This document shows, in pieces, positions 47,817 through 53,892 of a DNA stretch of 53,892 bases (within the stretch, counting starts at the first letter, position 1; the number at the start of each line of letters is the position of its first letter). Below the pieces are notes generated by a model that saw only the letters and a list, made by a program, of their open reading frames with translations, was not told the origin of the DNA and searched no databases. The DNA is from Flavobacteriales bacterium (GTDB lineage Bacteria; Bacteroidota; Bacteroidia; Flavobacteriales_D; Sanyastnellaceae). Location: contig JBKCGW010000455.1 of assembly GCA_046303175.1 (NCBI GenBank), forward strand, positions 1 through 53,892. Direction: 5' to 3'. The translations under genes were made by a program, and so were the position numbers.

Positions 47817-47987
47817 AGAAAAAAAATTTGCGCGAAGATATTGTGGTTTGAGGGATAAGTTGTAATATTGCAGCCCTTTTCAGAAAGACCCTTTTGAAAT
47901 CGGTGTTTTAGTCTCGGTTTATCCGGGATAGCTAAAGCGAGGGAGGTAGTTTCTTTTGAGTTCCGAAAGCGGCGTTCAATGGAAGAT

Positions 47988-48061
47988 TCCTCAGTAGCTC
48001 AGCTGGTTAGAGCACATGACTGTTAATCATGTGGTCCCTGGTTCGAGCCCAGGCTGAGGAG
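47988..48061 (+). tRNA. tRNA-Asn (anticodon GTT)
   Basis: Hand-folded cloverleaf: acceptor TCCTCAG/CTGAGGA, D arm GCTC..GAGC, anticodon stem CATGA/TCATG with loop CTGTTAA, T arm CCTGG-TTCGAGC-CCAGG, discriminator G. No CCA is encoded. Confidence 0.9.
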
Positions 48062-48070
48062 CGGTGAAAA

Positions 48071-48106
48071 CCCTGTAAACGTTCAGTTTGCGGGGTTTTT
48101 TGTTTT
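48071..48106 (+). terminator. rho-independent terminator after tRNA-Asn
   Basis: 10 bp stem ccctgtaaac/gtttgcgggg (two G-U pairs), loop gttca, followed by TTTTTTGTTTT. Confidence 0.7.
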
Positions 48107-48151
48107 GGTACGAGCGGCAAATAACACCCCGAACGCGTTGGTAAGAGAATT

Positions 48152-48201
48152 TTTCTCTGTGCCCTCCGTGTCCTCTGTGGTTAAAAACATCAACACAGAG
48201 A
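48152..48201. repeat. 50 bp direct repeat, copy 1 (CTCTGYG-hairpin element)
   Basis: tttctctgtgccctccgtgtcctctgtggttaaaaacatcaacacagaga reads the same as 48265-48314. It contains the ctctgtg/cacagag inverted repeat. In this copy an outer arm ctccgtgt (48164-48171) also pairs with acacggag (48211-48218). Confidence 0.85.
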
Positions 48202-48264
48202 GGATGGAGAACACGGAGTAGAAGCATGCACCATTTAGGTTTTAATATTTCATACAACCACAAG

Positions 48265-48314
48265 TTTCTCTGTGCCCTCCGTGTCCTCTGTGGTTAAAAA
48301 CATCAACACAGAGA
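48265..48314. repeat. 50 bp direct repeat, copy 2
   Basis: Same 50 nt as 48152-48201. It ends 1 nt before the TetR-family gene stop codon (48316-48318). Confidence 0.85.
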
Positions 48315-48315
48315 C

Positions 48316-48939
48316 TCATTTCAACATATACAACACCCACTCATACACCTTCTGTCTGCGGACTTGAAGCATGCGGGTATATTCTTCATCCGTTAATCCA
48401 CCCATGATTTGCATAGCGGGCGCAGCTATGATTGGAAAAATGTTTAAGCCGATAACGTTGATGATGACCTCCGAGAATGAAACGTTTCTGTATTTACCTG
48501 CTTTGATGGCTTTATGCAGTTGATCTGCCATCTCTGAGCGGTGAAGCATGTTGCGCTGCTTTTTGATTTGATTCTTGAGACCGGAATGTCCTTTAAACAT
48601 TTCATTCAGAATGAACATGGGCAGGTGTGGCCCTTGGTCTGCCATTGCAAAGTAGCGCTCTACCAACAACTCAATCTTTCTTTCAAGCAACGTCGTGCGG
48701 TCAGACACAATCGGCACAATGGTTTGTAAAAACCGTCCCAATTCCTCGAGCATTACTATCTGAAAGAGCTTGTCTTTGTTGCGGAAATAGTAATTGATAA
48801 GCGCCGGGTTGAGCCCTGCCGCATTGGCAATTTCCCACGTTCGCGCATTGTGAGGGCCTTGAGATAAGAATACCTCACGCGCTGCTTGTTTGATGCGATT
48901 CGCAGTATCGAGCGATTGAGGGTCGTTGCTTTTATTCAT
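48316..48939 (-). CDS. TetR/AcrR family transcriptional regulator
   Basis: 207 aa. N-terminal HTH region IKQAAREVFLSQGPHNARTWEIANAAGLNPALINYYFRNKDKLF. Confidence 0.85.
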   Translation of the reverse strand: MNKSNDPQSLDTANRIKQAAREVFLSQGPHNARTWEIANAAGLNPALINYYFRNKDKLFQIVMLEELGRFLQTIVPIVSDRTTLLERKIELLVERYFAMADQGPHLPMFILNEMFKGHSGLKNQIKKQRNMLHRSEMADQLHKAIKAGKYRNVSFSEVIINVIGLNIFPIIAAPAMQIMGGLTDEEYTRMLQVRRQKVYEWVLYMLK

Positions 48940-48946
48940 ATTGCAA

Positions 48947-48954
48947 CAAAAATA
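48947..48954 (-). promoter_or_regulatory. candidate -7 promoter box (TATTTTTG); would imply a near-leaderless TetR mRNA
   Basis: Exact TAnnTTTG match on the minus strand, only 7 nt upstream of the ATG at 48939. Confidence 0.3.
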
Positions 48955-49149
48955 AACGAGTCACCTTATGTATTTGGCGGTGAATGTCATGAGAAGTTCA
49001 ACTTCCGATTTTTTGGGAATGTGTTCCTTTATTCTAGATTGGGTTTAGCAAATCCTGTGACACCGGAAAGTAAAAATCCACCGGTGTTTTAATGCATTTT
49101 GTAATCGAACCAAATCCGATTGTCCTACACTCCTGCTATCCTACATCCC

Positions 49150-49157
49150 TACATTTG
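49150..49157 (+). promoter_or_regulatory. candidate -7 promoter box (TACATTTG)
   Basis: Exact TAnnTTTG match, 20 nt upstream of ATG 49177. Confidence 0.4.
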
Positions 49158-49176
49158 CTTAAAATAGAACAACCAC

Positions 49177-49971
49177 ATGAGAACCAATCACGAAATAGAC
49201 TACCGCATTTTCGGCGAGGAGATGCAATGTGTAGAAATAGAATTAGATCCACAAGAAACCGTGGTGGCAGAATCAGGCGCTTTCATGTACATGGATGACG
49301 GTGTGCAAATGGAAACTGTCTTCGGCGATGGAAGCCAGCAAGCAGGTGGATTTTTCAGCAAGTTGATGGGAGCAGGTAAGCGCTTGCTCACCGGTGAGAG
49401 TTTATTCATGACCACCTTCACGCATCAAGGCATTGGCAAGGCGAAAGTGGCGTTTGCTTCACCTTATCCCGGGAAAATAATTGCACTGGATCTTCAGCAA
49501 TTGAATGGCAAAATTGTTTGTCAGAAAGACTCCTTTTTATGCGCAGCAAAGGGAGTGTCGATTGGCATTGAGTTTCAGCGAAAGCTCGGAACCGGTTTAT
49601 TCGGTGGTGAAGGATTCATCATGCAAAAAATTGAAGGTGATGGAATGGCATTCTGCCACGCCGGTGGTCATATCATGAAGAGAGATCGGCGGCCCGGTGA
49701 AGTATTAAAGATAGATACCGGTTGTGTCGTTGCTTACACGCAAACGATTGACTAAGATATTCAGTTTGTGGGCGGAGTGAAGAACACGTTGTTTGGCGGT
49801 GAAGGATTTTTCTTCGCTACGTTGCGCGGACCCGGTACCGTGTGGTTGCAGACCTTACCTATTTCGCGCTTAGCATCGCGTATCAGCTCATATGCAGCGC
49901 CGGGAGGAAGGAAGGAAGAGGGCGGTATTCTCGGCGGCCTTGGAAATTTACTCGATGGTGATGGTATGTAA
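49177..49971 (+). pseudogene. TIGR00266/AIM24-like family gene interrupted by one in-frame TAA
   Basis: ORFs 49177..49755 and 49768..49971 are in the same frame. Together they read ...[51 protein letters not shown], which is continuous with the family layout as I recall it. The only break is the TAA at 49756-49758. Confidence 0.7.
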
Positions 49972-49974
49972 CAC

Positions 49975-51000
49975 ATGATCAACACTACAACCATAGAATC
50001 TTTCATAGAAGAAGTCAAACGCGGCACTCCTGTATTTGATGCGCGAAGCCCGAAGGAGTTTCTTGATGGTCACATTCCGGGTGCCTTCAATTTGCCTTTG
50101 CTCAACGATGAAGAGCGTCACGAAGTGGGAATCACCTACAAGAACGAAGGCCACGAGGCTGCTGTTCGTTTGGGGTATCGACTGGTAGGACATAAGTTTA
50201 TTGATTACATCGAAGCAGCGCGTTCGATGGCCAAAGACAATACAGTTTGCTTGTACTGCTGGCGCGGCGGAATGCGAAGCAATACGATGGCATGGCTTCT
50301 CAATTCGGTTGGATTAAAAGTCTATTTACTCGAAGGAGGCTACAAGCAATTTCGCAGGTGGTGCCTCAATCAATTTGAGCATCCATGGCCGTTGATGGTT
50401 CTTTCGGGGAAGACAGGTGCGGGTAAGACGGAAATTCTGCATGAACTCCGGAAATACAAAGAGTCAATCATTGACTTGGAGGCGCTGGTAAATCATCGCG
50501 GCTCTGCGTTTGGAGGACTTGGTTTGCCTAATCAACCAACACAAGAGTTTTTTGAGAATACGCTTGCGTGGGAACTAAGTAATTGCAAAGGCGCAAAAAG
50601 AATTTGGATGGAGAATGAGAGTCGGTTCATTGGCCGACTTCGTATACCGGATCCTTTTTTTGATCAGGCAAGTAAGGCCGGATTGATATCAATTGATCGT
50701 TCATTGGAAGGAAGAGCGCGGCGCATATTGAAAGAATATGGTGCCTTCGATAAGGAGCTGCTCATAGAAAAAACTAAGAGCATCACCAAGCGCATGGGAG
50801 GCGATCGTGTGAAAGCGAGTGTGGATGCGTTGGAGGCGGGCGATAGCATGGGTTGGGTTCTGCCACTCTTGGATTATTACGACCGCAACTACGAGCATTC
50901 GATAAATGAGAGAAAGGGAAGATACGAGAGGATTTTACAAGTGAAAAACGAAACAGCGGCAGAAATTGCGCGTGAACTATTGCTTTTGCAACCGCACTGA
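49975..51000 (+). CDS. mnmH: tRNA 2-selenouridine(34) synthase
   Basis: 341 aa. N-terminal rhodanese domain with active-site CWRGGMRS, followed by P-loop GKTGAGKT. This is the SelU/YbbB architecture. Confidence 0.85.
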   Translation: MINTTTIESFIEEVKRGTPVFDARSPKEFLDGHIPGAFNLPLLNDEERHEVGITYKNEGHEAAVRLGYRLVGHKFIDYIEAARSMAKDNTVCLYCWRGGMRSNTMAWLLNSVGLKVYLLEGGYKQFRRWCLNQFEHPWPLMVLSGKTGAGKTEILHELRKYKESIIDLEALVNHRGSAFGGLGLPNQPTQEFFENTLAWELSNCKGAKRIWMENESRFIGRLRIPDPFFDQASKAGLISIDRSLEGRARRILKEYGAFDKELLIEKTKSITKRMGGDRVKASVDALEAGDSMGWVLPLLDYYDRNYEHSINERKGRYERILQVKNETAAEIARELLLLQPH

Positions 51001-51006
51001 TACCAA

Positions 51007-52047
51007 ATGACAGAGCCCATAAAACTTACTCAACACAGCAAAGGTTCCGGTTGCGGATGTAAAATTTCGCCTTCGGTGCTGAAGGACATTCTGGAATGCA
51101 GCGATGTGCTACCGACCGATGAGCGGTTGTGGGTAGGAAATGAAACCGCCGATGATGCGGCCGTTATGCAATGGAGTGGCGCTGAAGGCTTGATTGCAAC
51201 CACCGATTTTTTTATGCCCATGGTGGACGATGCATACTCGTTCGGAAAAATTGCTGCTGCGAATGCATTGAGTGATGTGTATGCAATGGGTGGTTCGCCG
51301 ATGATGGCGCTTGCCATATTGGGATGGCCCATTGAGAAGTTGCCTGCTTCAAAGGCACGTGAAGTGCTGGAAGGAGCGCGCTTCATTTGTCGTATGGCAG
51401 GTATTCCCTTGGCCGGTGGTCATAGCATTGAAAGCGCTGAACCCATATTCGGTTTGGCAGTAAATGGCAGGGTAACGAAGTCGAATTTGGTGCGTAATAG
51501 CAGTGCACGCGTTGGCGATGTGTTGTACCTCACGAAACCGCTGGGCAATGGCATTGTGACCGCGGCCATGAAGCGAGGTCAACTTCAAGACGACGCTCAC
51601 CTGGAGGCATGTGTTAGTTACATGAGCACACTCAACAAGCTCGGCGAAAAGTTGGCTGAAACTGTGGAAGTGCATGCGATGACGGATGTAACCGGTTTCG
51701 GTTTGGCAGGGCATTTACTCGAAATGTGCGAGGGCAGTGGATTGAGCGCGCAAATTGATTTTGCATCAGTACCGGTGTATCCCTTCTTGGATTCGTATGT
51801 CGCAGCGCATATCTATCCGGATATGACAATGAAGAACTATGCTCATTACGCCTCTAACATAAATCAGCTTACGCTCCCGCAGTTACTTGTTATGTGTGAT
51901 CCGCAGACGAGTGGAGGTTTATTGATAGCCGTTCCGGAGGAAGCTGCTTCATCACTCGAGCAGCGTATGCACGAATTCGGTTTGGGTGCTTTCGCGCGAC
52001 CGATAGGGGTTATGAAGGAGAGAGGTGAGAAAATGTTGAGTGTGTGA
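51007..52047 (+). CDS. selD: selenide, water dikinase (Cys form)
   Basis: 346 aa. The N-terminus KLTQHSKGSGCGCKISP is the SelD glycine-rich loop with Cys at the Sec/Cys position. AIR-synthase-like fold motifs follow (DDAAV..., TDVTGFGLAGH). Confidence 0.9.
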   Translation: MTEPIKLTQHSKGSGCGCKISPSVLKDILECSDVLPTDERLWVGNETADDAAVMQWSGAEGLIATTDFFMPMVDDAYSFGKIAAANALSDVYAMGGSPMMALAILGWPIEKLPASKAREVLEGARFICRMAGIPLAGGHSIESAEPIFGLAVNGRVTKSNLVRNSSARVGDVLYLTKPLGNGIVTAAMKRGQLQDDAHLEACVSYMSTLNKLGEKLAETVEVHAMTDVTGFGLAGHLLEMCEGSGLSAQIDFASVPVYPFLDSYVAAHIYPDMTMKNYAHYASNINQLTLPQLLVMCDPQTSGGLLIAVPEEAASSLEQRMHEFGLGAFARPIGVMKERGEKMLSV

Positions 52048-52082
52048 GTGCTGCCTCCGAGCTTCGCTCGGATGAAATAAGA

Positions 52083-52249
52083 GTGAAGCCCTTCGGGCTT
52101 CGGCTTTTAGTCGAGGGCTCGTGTGGTAAGTTGGAGGGCTCAACCCCTAGCTGCGCTAGGGGTAACTTATAGTGAAGCCCTTCGGGCTTCGGAAGTTATC
52201 ACCGCTGCTCTGCCAAGTGGAATACACAGTGAAGCCCTTCGGGCTTCGG
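52083..52249 (+). repeat. REP cluster, left of RAYT (three copies of GTGAAGCCCTTCGGGCTTCGG)
   Basis: Copies lie at 52083-52103, 52172-52192 and 52229-52249, each a gaagccc-ttc-gggcttc hairpin. A second hairpin, cccctag-ctgcg-ctagggg, lies at 52144-52162. Confidence 0.9.
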
Positions 52250-52301
52250 GGTATAGCGCCGTGGAATACGGGATTTATTTCCGGAGTTGAACGTAATGTG
52301 T

Positions 52302-52763
52302 TCAGTTGTTTTCTCCCTCAAACAAGTACTTCTCATCGAACTGAACCTTCTGCTGTCTTAGCATTTGAGTGTACTCCTTTTCAAAATTCTTGCGAGCGTG
52401 ATGAGCCTCCTGATTCTTGACGTATCGAATGAGATTTTTCCTTGATTCTACTGAATAAGTAAAGGCGCCGTATCCAATTTGCCAGGAGGTGAATTTTGGA
52501 AACAACCCCTTTTGCTTGATGTATTTCGAGCTGGCTACCTTGATATCTTGTACTAGCTGAGCCAGGGCGACGGACTGATGTAAAGAAAAGACGATGTGTA
52601 TATGATCTTCCACCGCATTGATGCGATGCAAGTGACATCGTCTATCCGACAGTATTCCCCATATGTACTGAAACAGTTCTTCACGGCCCGGCTTAGTAAG
52701 TGTCTTCTCACGATACTTTGTGCTGAAGACTACCTGATAGAGTATCTGCGTGTACGTGCTCAT
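52302..52763 (-). CDS. REP-associated tyrosine transposase (IS200/IS605 TnpA-like, Y1 HUH family)
   Basis: MSTYTQILYQVVFSTKYREKTL... with HUH motif EDHIHIVFS and a conserved Tyr region (QIGYGAFTYS...YVKNQEAHH). It is about 153 aa from ATG 52763 and is flanked by inverted REP clusters. Confidence 0.85.
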   Translation of the reverse strand: MSTYTQILYQVVFSTKYREKTLTKPGREELFQYIWGILSDRRCHLHRINAVEDHIHIVFSLHQSVALAQLVQDIKVASSKYIKQKGLFPKFTSWQIGYGAFTYSVESRKNLIRYVKNQEAHHARKNFEKEYTQMLRQQKVQFDEKYLFEGENN

Positions 52764-52943
52764 ACAGCAAATGAAACATGCTCTGCTTAAGTTCATTTTC
52801 CATTGCGATTGGCATATATGCCCAAGCGGAATATTTCAATCATGTAAAAAAGGAAGTACGCGCGGACAAAACGCGCTGTTCACATCGCAATAGCACTTCA
52901 ATAAACTATTCCTTCAACGAATAAAAAACCTTCATCAGTGCCC

Positions 52944-53059
52944 CCGAAGCCCGAAAGGGCTTCACTCTTATTTACCCCTAGTGCAACTAGGGGTGTAAGC
53001 CTCCAACACTTTACGCCGGCCTTATACTAAAAGCAACTCCGAAGCCCGAAGGGCTTCAC
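52944..53059 (-). repeat. REP cluster, right of RAYT (two inverted copies)
   Basis: CCGAAGCCCGAAAGGGCTTCAC at 52944-52965 and CCGAAGCCCGAAGGGCTTCAC at 53039-53059 are reverse complements of the left-hand REP. The hairpin cccctag-tgcaa-ctagggg at 52975-52993 mirrors the one at 52144-52162. Confidence 0.9.
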
Positions 53060-53060
53060 T

Positions 53061-53085
53061 GAAAAAGCCCCGCAATAGCGAGGCC
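53061..53085 (-). terminator. rho-independent terminator after tRNA(CAT)
   Basis: The minus-strand RNA is GGCCUCGC-UAUU-GCGGGGC followed by UUUUU. Confidence 0.7.
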
Positions 53086-53097
53086 TTTCATGCTTAG

Positions 53098-53171
53098 TGC
53101 ACCCACCTGGGATCGAACCAGGGACCCACTGATTATGAGTCAGTTGCTCTAACCGTCTGAGCTATGGGTGC
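53098..53171 (-). tRNA. tRNA with CAT anticodon (elongator Met, or Ile2 if lysidinylated)
   Basis: Hand-folded on the minus strand: acceptor GCACCCA/TGGGTGC, D arm GCTC..GAGC, anticodon stem ACTGA/TCAGT with loop CTCATAA, T arm CCTGG-TTCGATC-CCAGG, discriminator A. It lacks the three G-C pairs at the base of the anticodon stem, so it is not an initiator. Confidence 0.85.
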
Positions 53172-53201
53172 AAAAATTTCGGGTGCGAATATACGCAGGC
53201 A

Positions 53202-53892
53202 TCAATGCGCTTCCAACCAATTGTCGCCCGTATTCATGTCGACAACCAGCGGCACGCGCATCGCAACGGCACCGCTCATTTTCTCGCGAACCAACTCCTT
53301 TAACTCTTCCACTTCCGATCGATGTGCGTCGAAGACTAATTCATCGTGCACTTGCAATAGCATGCGCGATTTCAGGTTGCGTTTTTTCATTTCCTTATCC
53401 AGATTGACCATGGCGACTTTGATGATGTCGGCAGCAGAGCCTTGAATGGGCGCGTTGATGGCGTTGCGTTCTGCAAAGCCGCGTACCACGGCGTTCGCTG
53501 AATTGATATCGGCCAAATAGCGACGACGACCCAAGAGGGTTTCGATGTATCCGTTCTTCCTTGCAAATTCTATTGTTTCGTGCTGGAAGTTTTTTAACTG
53601 AGCAAACTGAGTGAAGTACGCGTCGATAATCGCTTTGGCTTCCCCGCGTGGAATACCCAAGTTCTGAGCAAGTCCGAAGGCACCTTGTCCGTAGATAATT
53701 CCAAAGTTCACGGCCTTTGCTTTCGAACGCATGTCTTTGTTCACTTCTTCGAGAGGCACTTCAAAAACCTTCGCAGCGGTGGCTCTGTGAATGTCTTCAC
53801 CATGCAGAAACGCCTCACACATGTTTTCATCGTTGCTGAGGGCCGCAATGATGCGCAGTTCAACTTGCGAATAGTCGGCAGAGAGCAGCGTG
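53202..53892 (-). CDS. polA: DNA polymerase I, C-terminal polymerase domain (5' end outside window)
   Basis: The frame is open to the window edge. Translation from the edge reads TLLSADYSQVELRIIAALSNDENM... (motif A), then KAVNFGIIYGQGAFGL (motif B) and LLQVHDELVF (motif C). It ends ...GDNWLEAH. Confidence 0.95.
   Translation of the reverse strand, partial: TLLSADYSQVELRIIAALSNDENMCEAFLHGEDIHRATAAKVFEVPLEEVNKDMRSKAKAVNFGIIYGQGAFGLAQNLGIPRGEAKAIIDAYFTQFAQLKNFQHETIEFARKNGYIETLLGRRRYLADINSANAVVRGFAERNAINAPIQGSAADIIKVAMVNLDKEMKKRNLKSRMLLQVHDELVFDAHRSEVEELKELVREKMSGAVAMRVPLVVDMNTGDNWLEAH

Noticed and set aside
48027-48263. 78 aa minus-strand ORF
   Set aside because: It overlaps the tRNA-Asn gene, its terminator and the 50 bp repeat, so it is not plausible as a gene.
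48152-48314. Possible CRISPR array
   Set aside because: There are only two repeat copies and no cas genes in the window. The 50 bp repeat is longer than typical CRISPR repeats, and the repeats resemble other single hairpin elements elsewhere in the window.
47988-48315. tRNA-Asn as an integration site for a mobile element
   Set aside because: There is no integrase and no duplicated tRNA 3' end. Downstream genes are ordinary (TetR-family, TIGR00266-like, selenium genes).
49756-49758. In-frame stop as selenocysteine recoding, given the adjacent selD
   Set aside because: The codon is TAA, not TGA. No SECIS-like hairpin follows it. SelD itself uses Cys, and no Sec-decoding genes are in the window.
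52172-52420. 82 aa + strand ORF (MKPFGLRKLSPLL...VKPFGLRG...)
   Set aside because: Its repeated KPFGLR peptide is simply the translation of the REP hairpins, and the rest is antisense to the RAYT gene.

Overview
This 53.9 kb window looks like ordinary chromosome from a Bacteroidota genome. The phylum call rests on type IX secretion (T9SS) C-terminal sorting domains, a PorP/SprF gene, a DUF4270 lipoprotein, and TAnnTTTG -7 promoter boxes at sensible distances upstream of nine genes. I cannot name a genus. Housekeeping genes are folC, hemW, a biotin carrier, rsmI, radA, gcvP, tatA, panC, glmS, a PfkB kinase, selD, mnmH and the 3' part of polA. They are interleaved with seven predicted T9SS cargo genes totalling about 21.6 kb, roughly 40% of the window. 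Four cargo genes carry the gliding-motility 'type B' CTD and three carry the Por_Secre_tail 'type A' CTD. I found no defence island, CRISPR array, prophage or biosynthetic cluster. The most unusual item is an ECF sigma factor translationally coupled to an anti-sigma-like membrane protein. The extracytoplasmic part of that protein is a long disordered linker, a PKD domain and a T9SS type B sorting domain, and the pair sits between two giant type B adhesin genes. Other items worth a second look: (1) a REP-associated tyrosine transposase (RAYT) flanked by inverted clusters of REP hairpins; (2) a tandem array of coiled-coil TonB-like paralogs with a swapped C-terminal domain; (3) a second family of CTCTGYG-based hairpin elements at four intergenic sites; (4) a TIGR00266-like gene broken by one in-frame TAA, next to a selD-mnmH selenouridine pair; (5) a tatA gene too short for the supplied ORF track. 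All calls come from reading the sequence and translations by eye. No searches were run.
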